Shown here piece after piece: positions 25,944 through 36,335 of a stretch of 63,411 nucleotides of DNA. Each line of letters starts with the position of its first letter. The first letter of the stretch is position 1. The notes beneath the pieces are model-generated. The model ran no database searches. It saw only the letters and a list, made by a program, of their open reading frames with translations, and was not told the origin of the DNA. The stretch is from positions 1-63,411 of the IMG/VR virus record IMGVR_UViG_3300030106_000472; one strand, given 5' to 3'. The DNA comes from a virus (taxonomy: Duplodnaviria > Caudoviricetes). Position numbers and translations under genes: made by a program.

Positions 25944-26717
25944 TTAGATAGTGTCGTTAACAACGTCATTCTGCTGTTCTTGTTTTACTTCTACATCTCC
26001 AGACCTAGCAGCACTCATGAAGTCTTTAGCCATCATAGCCATAGACATATCAGTAGCACCCTCTTGGTTAATACTATAACCATTCCAACTACCTTTATCG
26101 TTAGACTGTGTAGTCGTAGTGAGTCTGTAAGTGTACGCAAACATAGGAGCCTCTACTGATTCTCCTTTAGAGTTTTGTACTCTAGCCATTCTTAACATAG
26201 TTAACCACTTTCTAGAAACTCCTAATTGCGTAGATGTAAATGCTAGAACTGCTTGTTGTGCAGTGCCGTTTTCTACAACTAACACAAAGAACTGTGCGGT
26301 TTCAACAATTTCATTACCTTCAGGAGTGTAATATCTTCTAGACTCCTCGTCTCTCGTACACTTAGAAAGTATAGATATGTCATGACTAGCGTTTACAAGT
26401 CCGCCACCTTTTTCTCTAGGAATCCACTCAATGTACTTCTTATTATAAGCACAAGGAATTATAGAGATTCCTTTTTCTCCATCATGAGCTTCACCTGTAA
26501 CTGTGTTGTACAGATCCCCTGCACTAGCACCCGCTACAAAACTCCCATGTTGTTTTTGTAATTGTGGTGACATGGGTTGTAAAACTCTTATAAAGGGGAT
26601 TGCAAAATCCTCAGTAGTTGTTTCTTCTAACCCAGTACCGCCTGATAATAAAGTATCGTCAAACGTACTTATTGCTGTATTTTTATTTTCAGCTATTTCA
26701 TTTTTATTTTCTGCCAT
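25944..26717 (-). CDS. putative single-stranded DNA-binding protein
   Basis: D..IPF...LQ.MSPQ, YIEW.PR..GGG.V, S..W; replication module context. Confidence 0.6.
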   Translation of the reverse strand: MAENKNEIAENKNTAISTFDDTLLSGGTGLEETTTEDFAIPFIRVLQPMSPQLQKQHGSFVAGASAGDLYNTVTGEAHDGEKGISIIPCAYNKKYIEWIPREKGGGLVNASHDISILSKCTRDEESRRYYTPEGNEIVETAQFFVLVVENGTAQQAVLAFTSTQLGVSRKWLTMLRMARVQNSKGESVEAPMFAYTYRLTTTTQSNDKGSWNGYSINQEGATDMSMAMMAKDFMSAARSGDVEVKQEQQNDVVNDTI

Positions 26718-26721
26718 AATA

Positions 26722-27297
26722 TTAATCCTTTTTAATAGTAGCTTTAGTACCTATATAGATACCAAAGGGCTCTGTTGGTATATCGTTCCCACTAGTAAAC
26801 TGCTCTTTTACAAAAGCTTTTAATGTGCTAGGGTGAACACTCTGACGCACCTCTGGTGATAGTCCTCTAGATTGTAAAGCTGAAACAGTTTGTTCAACTA
26901 TTTCACTTTCATCACGTCCGAACTTCATTAGAACTTCGTTCTTAATCAGTCCTTCGTGACCATTAGATACTAGCCATTCATACGCTTTTTCTTGGTTTGC
27001 CTTCGATATGTGAGCGTTATAAAACTCATTAATAGTGATGTTTTCTCCACTACTAAGTCTTATTTGAGTTAATCCTGCGGCTTGCATAGCATCAGGCAAC
27101 TCTTGCTCGGAAGTCAAACGAAGTTCTTCCTTCTTAGCTTTTAAACTAGCTTCAAGCTCAGCTACTTCAGTAGCGAGTTTTAACTGTTTATTAGCTAGGT
27201 TAGAAACTATAGAAAGTTCTCCATCGGTAACTTCATTAGTCCATTCCTGGACATCTGCTGATCCGACTAAGTCCTCAAAGGTTGGTTTCTTGCTCAT
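26722..27297 (-). CDS. conserved phage replication-module protein
   Basis: Coiled coil, LP..M...G, WL..NG...LIK, VHPSTLKAFVKE. Confidence 0.7.
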   Translation of the reverse strand: MSKKPTFEDLVGSADVQEWTNEVTDGELSIVSNLANKQLKLATEVAELEASLKAKKEELRLTSEQELPDAMQAAGLTQIRLSSGENITINEFYNAHISKANQEKAYEWLVSNGHEGLIKNEVLMKFGRDESEIVEQTVSALQSRGLSPEVRQSVHPSTLKAFVKEQFTSGNDIPTEPFGIYIGTKATIKKD

Positions 27298-27616
27298 CTA
27301 TTTCTCCTTTCTGGTGTAAATTGATATCAACGGGGTAGTATAAACCTTCCTGCCTATCCCACTTTAAGATACTATATTTACCTCGATTATAAAATGCAGC
27401 GATAGAACACGCTACGCCAATGGCTGCAGGGTCGCCTATTAATAATAAGTAATCACCTTCTTTATAGTCCTGTAAAAGACTTTTCATCCTACGAACTGAA
27501 GGAGACGCACTTAACATAATTTGAGTATTAGAAGGTAAAAGGACTTGAAAATCACCATACTGCCTAGCAGAAGCAATGTTTCGTCCTGGAACTTCTTGTA
27601 CGACATATACTGTCAC
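27275..27616 (-). CDS. conserved hypothetical protein
   Basis: GTG with strong SD; VYVVQE...A..YG...DYLLL.GDP...LKWDRQ..YYP. Confidence 0.75.
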   Translation of the reverse strand: MTVYVVQEVPGRNIASARQYGDFQVLLPSNTQIMLSASPSVRRMKSLLQDYKEGDYLLLIGDPAAIGVACSIAAFYNRGKYSILKWDRQEGLYYPVDINLHQKGEIDEQETNL

Positions 27617-27647
27617 TTTTTTCTCCTTTCTTATTTCTAGTTATTAA

Positions 27648-27676
27648 ATAATATATACCAATTAAGGCAAAGTAAA
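27648..27676 (-). promoter_or_regulatory. sigma70-like promoter of the replication operon
   Basis: TTTACT-17-TATTAT. Confidence 0.65.
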
Positions 27677-27699
27677 GCTATTACCGATATGTCTTTTTA

Positions 27700-27850
27700 A
27701 AATATAAAAAAGTTTTCTAAAAAATTTTATAAGAATAGCTAATATTACTAATAAACTAATACTGACTACTATAAAACACAGTGTTTAAGAGAATATACCA
27801 GTATTAGATTTAAAATATCAATATTAGAGGGCATGGGGAATCTATTAGCT
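27700..27850 (+). promoter_or_regulatory. AT-rich iteron-like element, candidate origin copy B
   Basis: CTAATA x3 (27739, 27748, 27756), TAGAGGGCATG (27825-27835), in the divergent intergenic region. Confidence 0.55.
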
Positions 27851-27913
27851 TGGGCTATATATTACTCAGATTGTAATATATAATCTCAATTAGAAATTAG
27901 AAAGGGTATATAC

Positions 27914-29356
27914 ATGAATTATAAGTTTAAGACTAAACCATATAAGCATCAGTTATTAGCATTAACTAAATCATGGAACAAACGTGAGTACGCTTATTTT
28001 ATGGAAATGGGAACTGGTAAGTCTAAAGTTCTTATAGACAACATAGCTATGCTTTATGATAAAGGCGGCATTAATGCTGCAATAATAGTTGCTCCTAAAG
28101 GTGTTTATAGAAACTGGTCAGAAAAAGAAATACCGTCCCATATGCCAGAACATATAGAAAAACATATTGGTGTATGGACTCCCGCACCTACGTTAAAACA
28201 AAAGAAAGAACTAATGAAGTTGTTTGAGGTAGGACATGATTTAAAAATACTTATTATTAATGTAGAAGCTTTTAGCACTAAAAAAGGAGTGGCTTTTGTT
28301 GAAAGATTTATTCTAGGACATCATGCTTTAATTGCTGTAGATGAATCAACCACTATAAAAAACCCAAAAGCTCAAAGAACTAAAAACTTATTGAAGTTAG
28401 CAATCAACACTAAATACAGAAGAATACTAACAGGGTTTCCTGTTACTCAATCACCTTTAGATTTATATAGTCAAAGCAGTTTCCTATCCCCACAATTATT
28501 AGGTTACACATCGTTTTATTCTTTTCAAAACAGATATGCTAAATTAATCAATCGTAAAATGGGAACTAGATCTTTTAGACAAGTTGTTGGGTATCAACAT
28601 TTAGACGAGTTAACTAAAAATGTAAATGAGTTCTCTTATAGAGTGCTAAAGAAAGAATGTTTAGACCTTCCTGATAAAGTATATCAACGTAGAGAAGTAG
28701 AACTAACAGCTGAACAAAAGAAAGTTTATAAAGAATTAAAAGACTATGCTATAGCTGAACTAGACTCTCATGAAGTAGTTAGTGTAACTTCTGTTCTTAC
28801 ACAAATACTCAGATTACACCAAGTTGTTTGTGGTTTTGTTAGACACGACAACGGTGAAGAAGTAGAAGTTAAAAGCAATCGTTTAGATGAGTTAATCAAT
28901 GTATTAGAAGAAGTACAGGGTAAAACTATTATATGGGCTAACTACCAATATGATATAAAACGAATATTAAAAACATTACACAACATAACAGGTGTTGATA
29001 GTGTAGCTACTTATTACGGAGAAACACCAGACCAAGAGCGTCAGGAAATAATTAGAAGATTCCAAGATCCAAATTCAGACCTACAGTATTTAATTAGTAA
29101 CACACAAACAGGAGGTTATGGCATAACACTTACTGAAGCAAGTAACGTTATTTATTACAGTAATAACTACGACTTAGAAAAACGACTACAGTCTGAAGAC
29201 CGTGCTCATCGTATAGGACAAACTAATAAAGTAACTTATATTGATTTAGTAGCTAAAGGAACTGTTGACGAAAAAATTGTAAAAGCTTTACGTAACAAAC
29301 TTAGTTTAGCCCAAGAAGTTCTTGGCGATGAAAAGTGGAAAGACTGGATAGGCTAA
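27914..29356 (+). CDS. SNF2-family SF2 helicase
   Basis: EMGTGKS, VDES, LTG.P..QSPLD, GGYGITLT, QSEDRAHRIGQ. Confidence 0.93.
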   Translation: MNYKFKTKPYKHQLLALTKSWNKREYAYFMEMGTGKSKVLIDNIAMLYDKGGINAAIIVAPKGVYRNWSEKEIPSHMPEHIEKHIGVWTPAPTLKQKKELMKLFEVGHDLKILIINVEAFSTKKGVAFVERFILGHHALIAVDESTTIKNPKAQRTKNLLKLAINTKYRRILTGFPVTQSPLDLYSQSSFLSPQLLGYTSFYSFQNRYAKLINRKMGTRSFRQVVGYQHLDELTKNVNEFSYRVLKKECLDLPDKVYQRREVELTAEQKKVYKELKDYAIAELDSHEVVSVTSVLTQILRLHQVVCGFVRHDNGEEVEVKSNRLDELINVLEEVQGKTIIWANYQYDIKRILKTLHNITGVDSVATYYGETPDQERQEIIRRFQDPNSDLQYLISNTQTGGYGITLTEASNVIYYSNNYDLEKRLQSEDRAHRIGQTNKVTYIDLVAKGTVDEKIVKALRNKLSLAQEVLGDEKWKDWIG

Positions 29357-30066
29357 GCCATTTTAAATTTCATAAGATCAGCCATAGCTTGATCTTTATC
29401 AGAAACACCTCTACCCATTTGACCTACAACATTTTTCATAGCTTGTTCTTGAACAGCAGGTTTTTGTAGATTTTCCATAATCATTTGTCTTAGTATATCA
29501 GTATCACCCATAGACATACCATCAGCCGCGTACAGAGGTCCACCCATATTCATAAAGCCCATGTTGTTTCTAACATCTTTAGGAAGTTTAGGCAATCCTT
29601 TGTTACCTGCGGGTATTGGTTTTAATGCACCACCACCGTTCATCCTTTGAGGATTTTGATCCATAGCACTTTCAACACCACCTGCCATACCTCCTGCTGC
29701 ATTTTCAACACTAGCAATCAACATAGCTTTTGCATTATCTAACACAGCAATAGCAGCACCTATATCACCTTGTGCTCTACCAACTACAGCTTCAGCTAAC
29801 ATCATTGAATCTTGTTCTAAGTTCATTCCTGGTGCTTCCATTGGTGGTGCTTCCATAGCAGCCATTTCGCCCATTCCTGGTTCAGGCATAGGGGAAGACA
29901 TGGGGGGTCTTTCCGTAGCAGCCATTTCACCCATCGGAGGCATTGGAGGTTGTCCGCCACCCATCGGAGGCATTGGGGGTTGTCCGCCACCCATCGGAGG
30001 CATTGGAGGTGCGTTTTGCGTGCCTCCCTGTGTTCTTATATTCATTAAATCTTCTATGCCTGCCAT
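29353..30066 (-). CDS. Met/Pro/Gly-rich putative internal virion protein
   Basis: End of the virion operon; low complexity; MNGGG and MNMGG motifs. Confidence 0.7.
   Translation of the reverse strand: MAGIEDLMNIRTQGGTQNAPPMPPMGGGQPPMPPMGGGQPPMPPMGEMAATERPPMSSPMPEPGMGEMAAMEAPPMEAPGMNLEQDSMMLAEAVVGRAQGDIGAAIAVLDNAKAMLIASVENAAGGMAGGVESAMDQNPQRMNGGGALKPIPAGNKGLPKLPKDVRNNMGFMNMGGPLYAADGMSMGDTDILRQMIMENLQKPAVQEQAMKNVVGQMGRGVSDKDQAMADLMKFKMA
29928..30010. repeat. 30-bp coding tandem repeat, about 2.7 copies (PPMPPMGGGQ)
   Basis: CACCCATCGGAGGCATTGGRGGTTGTCCGC repeated. Confidence 0.9.
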
Positions 30067-30068
30067 TA

Positions 30069-31238
30069 TTATCTCCTTGGTCGGAATCCGCTTTGGAATA
30101 CCTGTGTTGTTAGTGTATCACCTTGTCCGTTCATCGGCAACATGGAAATACCTTTGTTTAAATATCCACCGCCTTTTGCTCCTGTTGGTGCCATAGCGAT
30201 AGGTCTGAGTCTTTCATCAAAATCATCAGGAGGAGGAACACGTATTATATCGTCTCTAGGTGGTTTTCTTGGTGGTGGTTTTACTATAACTGGTGGAGGT
30301 GGTAGTTCAAATCCAGGAGCTTGACCAAACTGTTGAGGAGTCATTTTCTTAATTAAAGGTGCTGTTCCACTGTCTGTTGAATACGGTGTGTATGGATTAC
30401 TGATTGGTTCGCCTGTGTAATAGTTTGTTGGTCCTGTGGGTGTTTTTATTATATCATCTATGCCTGGATCTATAGGATCAGGGTCTATGATTGGTGGGGT
30501 ATATGGTGGGAAGATAGTGTCATCAAACGGTGGTTCACCAATACCGTTATAAAAATCTTCTTCATTAATATCAAAATATCCAGGAATCATTCCAGCAAGA
30601 TCGTTTCCAGGAATATTAAAAATATTAGTGTATGGATTGTCTACAGGAGCAACTGGATTTGCTGGAGGCGTGTTTATAGGAATAACTGGTTCGTCTACTA
30701 TATAGTTTCCAAAACCAGTGTCTTTAAAATCTCTTACAAAATCTTCTCGTCCTCCTTCTCCTGGAAAAGGTAAACTAACCACAGGATCTGTTGCTGGAAT
30801 AATATCAGGAGCAGCTTCTACTGGTTCTCTTTCAGACCTTATAAGTGGAGGTACAAAAGGTACACTAATTTCATTAGGCATACGTGATACTGTTGGTTCT
30901 CTTGGTGGTGTAAAAGCAGCTATGCCTTCAGGAACAAAAGGAACTTGTGATAAATTTAATATTTCAGGAAGCGTGGCTATACCTTGTTCTATCTCAGTTG
31001 CTTGGGTGTTTTTAAAATCAGCAACATCAGCCTCGTATTGATCAGTTGCATTATTAATTGCGTCATTCGCTTCTTTTCTAACAGTTACTGCTTCAAGAGC
31101 TTTATTAATAGAGTCTTGATCAACATTAGGAGCTACATAATCAAAAGAAGGAACTCTAAGCTCAGGTTCTCTTTCTATAGACATGAAGTCGTCTCTAGGC
31201 AGTCCTGGAATTCTAAATCCTCTTATTCCACCTATCAT
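30069..31238 (-). CDS. Pro-rich putative internal virion protein
   Basis: Operon context; AKGGGYLNKGI motif. Confidence 0.7.
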   Translation of the reverse strand: MIGGIRGFRIPGLPRDDFMSIEREPELRVPSFDYVAPNVDQDSINKALEAVTVRKEANDAINNATDQYEADVADFKNTQATEIEQGIATLPEILNLSQVPFVPEGIAAFTPPREPTVSRMPNEISVPFVPPLIRSEREPVEAAPDIIPATDPVVSLPFPGEGGREDFVRDFKDTGFGNYIVDEPVIPINTPPANPVAPVDNPYTNIFNIPGNDLAGMIPGYFDINEEDFYNGIGEPPFDDTIFPPYTPPIIDPDPIDPGIDDIIKTPTGPTNYYTGEPISNPYTPYSTDSGTAPLIKKMTPQQFGQAPGFELPPPPVIVKPPPRKPPRDDIIRVPPPDDFDERLRPIAMAPTGAKGGGYLNKGISMLPMNGQGDTLTTQVFQSGFRPRR

Positions 31239-34200
31239 TATATTCCTCCTGTCATTTCTAGAACTCTTTCAGGAATAGGAAGCACTGGTGTTTCTGGGGT
31301 TTTTTGTGTTTTATCTATTTCGTCATAATATTGCATTTCGTTTCCTAAATCTCTAGCATGTACAAAACCATAAGCACTTAAAAATCTTATAAATGTTTGT
31401 GTGTTTTGAACACCTTGTGCCATTTTCATAGTCTGCTCAAATAATTCAGGGTCTAATAACATTCTTCCGATAAACTCACGTGAACGATTAGCTTGGCTAT
31501 TTGAAATAGCTGTTATTCTTCTACCTGTTTGTGTTAAAGGAGCAATTAATAATCTTTGTAACATCCTAGCACCTTCGATATTAGCACCTGCTCCGTACTC
31601 ACCTCTAGTTAAATCACGTACTACACCCTCACTAGGTAATGCTCCTAGTTCTCGTTGTACCATATCGTCTAATATTTTAATATTTTTTACAAAGTCTGGA
31701 CCGTCTTTACCTAATAAAGGAACTATAAAATTGTCAAACGTAAGTGCGGGACCTACAACATCTTCGGGACCAAAACCTTCAGTCAATAATTTATTTAAAG
31801 CTATATCGTCTAACTCAAAAGCACCACCTGTTCCTTGTCTAGGTTTTAATATTTCATCTAAAAGATATCGTTTAGTGACTTGTGCCATCTGTTCTTCTAA
31901 TATAGGGTCGCCTTTAACTATGTTTGTGATATATTGAATATCATCTAATAAAATTCCTGATTGTTTTTGTGTTCTACCTGTAGCTAGGATAGACTCAACA
32001 ATATTAGCTACTCGTCTATCGGGATCAACAGAAGATAAACCAACACGAGCTTCTATTTTTAAAATATTTTGTTCTATTTTCGTTAAATCATCGATAACTT
32101 TATCAAAACTTCTTTTATTATTAAATCTAGAAATAAAATTATCATCTCCAAAAATTGCTCTTAATGTTGCTTCGTTTTCTTTTCTAAATTTTCTAAAATC
32201 ACGTGCTATTTGCAAAGGTGTTCTGTCAGGGTTTTGTAAAATTTCTCTTTGTATATAAGCAGCTACACCGTTTTGTATATCTAAAACCTCATCAGCCCCA
32301 TCACGTTTTAATAACGTCATTAAATCAGTAACTACTGTGTTTGTTTTACTACCTTTTGCTGTAGTGTTGAGTAAATACTCTGCAACTTTTTCAGGTCTTT
32401 GTTCTAATATAGAACGCACTGCTTGTGAATTAGCTAACTCTATTGCTGCTTTTTGATTTGACCAAGCGATTTTTAAATCATCGCCGTATTTATTTGTGTT
32501 TATCCAATTTTCTAGTTCTGCTTTTCTTGTAAGTGGTATACCTGATTCAGCCGAAGCCCCTTCTCGCAACAACCTATTCATTTGTTGTTCTAAACCACGT
32601 TCTAAGTTTCTTGCTTGTTGTGCTGCTTTTATATTATTAGTTGTACTAGCGAACTCGTTTAATGCTACTCTAGAATCATTAAGTTCTTTTAATGAAAAAT
32701 TAGGAGATTCAAAACCTCCTTTGCCTTTTGGACCTATGCCTCTTAATCTATTTAAAGTATTTCTAGTTCCAGCAGGTATTTGTTCAAATAATAATTTAAC
32801 AGCTTCGTCAGATTCAACAGAACGAAATAATTTATCCGTCTCGCCTTTTCTTAAATTTAACCAATCCTGTGCGGGTTTTCTTGTATATCCTGCTCCCGTT
32901 GTTAAGTTAACATAACGTGGGTTGTTTAAAGCGTCGTTCCATGCTTGATTATACGGAAGCATATAGTTTGTTTTTATTTCTTTTAATCTACTTTGCGTCC
33001 TTTCGAACAAAGGTCCACTAGAAGCGTTAGGGTTGTCAACTTGTTTAAGTAATGTGCTACCTGCTAATGATGCATCGTCACCGACAGCCCCGACCTGAAG
33101 TCTTACTTTATCAATCATTTCGTAAGCTTGGTCATTAAAAGCATCTATATCTTTTTGAGCTAAATCTCTAATACCCGTACCTAACGTTGCTGCTGTAACA
33201 TCTGTTGTTGTTTTAGGTCCTATTTTTTCACTTAAAGTTATTACAAACCTATCAATAACTTCTTGATTACCTAATTTTATTTGTTCATACGCTTCTCTTA
33301 AATCAACGTCGTCAGCATATTTCAAAAATAAAGTTTCTAAATCAGCTCCTTCTGTTGTACCTGAACGAGCTCCAAGTGTTGGGTTGTAATTTTTTAAGTC
33401 TAGTTCAAACCGCTTAGCTAGTTCTTCTATTTGCTCATTAATTTGTTTTACTGAAGTTGCATCACCATATAATATTCCTGGTGTTAAACTCGGGTCTCCT
33501 GTTTCACGGGCTCTTGCTTCTTGTAAAAGGTCGTCTATTTTTTCATAATAACTTGGCGGTACGTCTTTACCTGTCATCATTTTCCAAACTTTAGGTATTA
33601 GTTGTGCTCCTGTACTTATAACCGCAGTACCACCAAAAGCAAAAGCACCAATCATTCCTGACTCTCTTAATATTTCATCAAAATCTCTGTCATGAGCCCC
33701 CATTTGTAATCCAGCAGTTAAACGTAGAAAATCTCCACCTGCTGCACCTGCTGCTGCTAAACCAGACAAACCTAAAACTTTTCCTGCTTTTTTGTATAAT
33801 TTGTCATCTAAACCAGTGCTTTTAGTAAATTTTTTACTACCCCAAACTGTTAAAGCTATGTCTCCCGCGAGAGCTGGAAACTCTTGTACTATAAAATTAA
33901 AAGTATCTTCTTTAGTAACGAAAGGCGTGTTTAATAATTGATACTCGTCAGCTCCTTCAGGTCTGTACGCTAACCCTAACGAAGGTTCACTAGGGTTTAT
34001 GTATCTAAACTCACCGTCAGGTAGTCCGTGTTGTTCGGCTAAATATTTAAAATCTTCTATAGTCATGTTTCTAGGAGCAAAAGCTAATTTACTTCTAAAA
34101 CCTGCACCATTTAAAAAAGTATCAAACTGTAATTCATTCGCAGGATCAAAACCAAGAGACGCTATCTTTTTTGCTTTTTCTAATCCCCAAGGCTCACCAG

Positions 34201-34648
34201 GAGCTGCACCCAAATTTTGTAAGTTAGGATCATCAGGCATAGGTGGTCGTGTGTATGCACCAGGATTGTCTTCAGACCATTTACGAAGTTTTTCGTTATA
34301 CGCATCTCTTTTATCTTGGTCTGCGTTATAGCTGTCTAACTGAGCCATATACTGAGGATGACGTTCATACATATCGTATTCAATAGGTGGTCTATTATAA
34401 GGAGCAACTCTATTTTCCCAATCAATAGCGTTTTCTATTTTTGCTAATTGTTCTTTATCATAAATAAGAGCAGCTCTTGATTTAATATCAGGACTAAACA
34501 CATGAGTTGCTAATTCTAATTCTTTAGGAGATAACAAAGAACCATAAGTAACATTTGGATTATCTTTAAGAGTTTTATTAGCTAAACTATTCGCTGCTTG
34601 ACTTCTTAAACTTAAAAACTCATCTAACTGTTCTTGAGTAACGTCCAT
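31238..34648 (-). CDS. large putative internal virion/ejection protein
   Basis: 1136 aa, helical, with hydrophobic G/A-rich segments; position in the ejection-protein block. Confidence 0.7.
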   Translation of the reverse strand: MDVTQEQLDEFLSLRSQAANSLANKTLKDNPNVTYGSLLSPKELELATHVFSPDIKSRAALIYDKEQLAKIENAIDWENRVAPYNRPPIEYDMYERHPQYMAQLDSYNADQDKRDAYNEKLRKWSEDNPGAYTRPPMPDDPNLQNLGAAPGEPWGLEKAKKIASLGFDPANELQFDTFLNGAGFRSKLAFAPRNMTIEDFKYLAEQHGLPDGEFRYINPSEPSLGLAYRPEGADEYQLLNTPFVTKEDTFNFIVQEFPALAGDIALTVWGSKKFTKSTGLDDKLYKKAGKVLGLSGLAAAGAAGGDFLRLTAGLQMGAHDRDFDEILRESGMIGAFAFGGTAVISTGAQLIPKVWKMMTGKDVPPSYYEKIDDLLQEARARETGDPSLTPGILYGDATSVKQINEQIEELAKRFELDLKNYNPTLGARSGTTEGADLETLFLKYADDVDLREAYEQIKLGNQEVIDRFVITLSEKIGPKTTTDVTAATLGTGIRDLAQKDIDAFNDQAYEMIDKVRLQVGAVGDDASLAGSTLLKQVDNPNASSGPLFERTQSRLKEIKTNYMLPYNQAWNDALNNPRYVNLTTGAGYTRKPAQDWLNLRKGETDKLFRSVESDEAVKLLFEQIPAGTRNTLNRLRGIGPKGKGGFESPNFSLKELNDSRVALNEFASTTNNIKAAQQARNLERGLEQQMNRLLREGASAESGIPLTRKAELENWINTNKYGDDLKIAWSNQKAAIELANSQAVRSILEQRPEKVAEYLLNTTAKGSKTNTVVTDLMTLLKRDGADEVLDIQNGVAAYIQREILQNPDRTPLQIARDFRKFRKENEATLRAIFGDDNFISRFNNKRSFDKVIDDLTKIEQNILKIEARVGLSSVDPDRRVANIVESILATGRTQKQSGILLDDIQYITNIVKGDPILEEQMAQVTKRYLLDEILKPRQGTGGAFELDDIALNKLLTEGFGPEDVVGPALTFDNFIVPLLGKDGPDFVKNIKILDDMVQRELGALPSEGVVRDLTRGEYGAGANIEGARMLQRLLIAPLTQTGRRITAISNSQANRSREFIGRMLLDPELFEQTMKMAQGVQNTQTFIRFLSAYGFVHARDLGNEMQYYDEIDKTQKTPETPVLPIPERVLEMTGGI

Positions 34649-34649
34649 A

Positions 34650-36335
34650 TTATTTATATAAATCCTCTATGGCTTTTAAATCTTCTTCTAATTTAGTAGT
34701 TACATCTACTTTTGTTTGGTTTGGGTTAGGATTAAATTCTGTTCCTGCACGTCTTTTATGTTTTTGATAAAGTACAACATCAGGCACTTTACTGTAACGT
34801 GAATAAAAGTTTTTAAATTGATATCCTTGTGAATTAGTAAAATCAGGAACTCCGTCAACCATAGGAGGCTGCCAATAACCAGCAAGAATACTTGTAAACA
34901 TTTGATCACCTAAATCATAACGACCTGATTGTATGTTATTTAACGATATAGTTCCTTGTACTACGTTATCTGTTTGTCTAACTAACGTATCTACAAAACC
35001 TAATATATTATCTTTAGCTGTTTGTGCATCTTGTGTAGCACCGAAACCTACCATTTGTAAATGGAAAGCTAAATCTTTATCAGATAATGTTCTACCTGTT
35101 TGACCATTAGCCGCTGCTGCTGCATAAGCTAACTGTAACATCGTAGCTCTAGTTCTTACATTGTTATACGCCATGTCTCCTAACGAAGCTCTAAAGCTAA
35201 CTTCTGGATTACCTTTTTCAAAAGCTTCCATAGCCGCTATCATTTGTTTATCATCTCCAGACTGTATAGCTTGGTATAGTTGTTTAGCTAATTGACCAGA
35301 ACCTTCTCTACCGTTTGATCCTGCTACGTTATTTTGTATATCATCTGCGTTAGCGAAAGCTCTCAGTACATCTCCACCACCCATATAAGATAATACTTGG
35401 TTTGCGTTAGCTGTTGCACTGTTTAAAAAGTTACCAATACTAGTTACTGTGGTTAATGGGTTTTGAGTAGGATCTGCTATACCTTGATCAAGCATTCTAA
35501 CCATTTCGTTAGTAAGTGTCATTGTTCCTAATAAAGCAGTATCTTTAGCGTTTAATTCTCCATCTTTTTTACTTAAATCAACTAGACGTGGGTCTTTTAA
35601 TTGAGCAGCTAATGATTGTGTTGGTTTATACTTTTGTTCTATCCAGTTACCTTCTAGTTCTCGAATGTTTGTGTATCCTGATTTATCATCATTCATTACA
35701 TAACTCTCTCCTCTTGGATCAACAAAACCACTACGATAATCATTAATACCTAATCTAGCTTTATCCACATCTTCAAATGTTTTATATTGCAAATTGTTTA
35801 CATCTTTTAATGCTTCTTTTAAAAACGCTGCTCTGCTTGTTTCTTTACTTAGTCTAGATTTTTCTTTTTGAGCATCAATAGCCAAAGAAGTAGCGGCATA
35901 ATCTTTTGCTCCTCTACCCATTTGACTACCTATAATCATATTAATAATTTCGTCCATGCCAAATCTATCTTTTTCTTCAGGTTCGCCGAACTGTCTATAT
36001 GCGTCTAGTTGTGCCATTTTTCTTTGATTACTTAACACATCATCTAAATTAGTTCCCTCACTTAATCCACCAATACTTTCTAAATATTGTGCGTCAGTCA
36101 TAGTTTCAGGTTTACCTTTAAACAACCCCATAATCCCCTCTACTGCTATAGGTAAAAGAGGAGCTAGTGTTTCTTTTAATTCAGGTTCAGGTGTACGTCT
36201 TACAGGTCCACGAGCCGTTGGAAACCTCATTTGTGTCGGAGCTAGTTTAACAGGGGTGATTCCTAAACCTTCTTTAGGACCTCCAAAAGTTGGAAAAGGT
36301 AAAAACCCTCCTATACCTCTATTACCGTTAGCCAC
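34650..36335 (-). CDS. putative internal virion protein
   Basis: 561 aa in the ejection-protein block. Confidence 0.7.
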   Translation of the reverse strand: MANGNRGIGGFLPFPTFGGPKEGLGITPVKLAPTQMRFPTARGPVRRTPEPELKETLAPLLPIAVEGIMGLFKGKPETMTDAQYLESIGGLSEGTNLDDVLSNQRKMAQLDAYRQFGEPEEKDRFGMDEIINMIIGSQMGRGAKDYAATSLAIDAQKEKSRLSKETSRAAFLKEALKDVNNLQYKTFEDVDKARLGINDYRSGFVDPRGESYVMNDDKSGYTNIRELEGNWIEQKYKPTQSLAAQLKDPRLVDLSKKDGELNAKDTALLGTMTLTNEMVRMLDQGIADPTQNPLTTVTSIGNFLNSATANANQVLSYMGGGDVLRAFANADDIQNNVAGSNGREGSGQLAKQLYQAIQSGDDKQMIAAMEAFEKGNPEVSFRASLGDMAYNNVRTRATMLQLAYAAAAANGQTGRTLSDKDLAFHLQMVGFGATQDAQTAKDNILGFVDTLVRQTDNVVQGTISLNNIQSGRYDLGDQMFTSILAGYWQPPMVDGVPDFTNSQGYQFKNFYSRYSKVPDVVLYQKHKRRAGTEFNPNPNQTKVDVTTKLEEDLKAIEDLYK

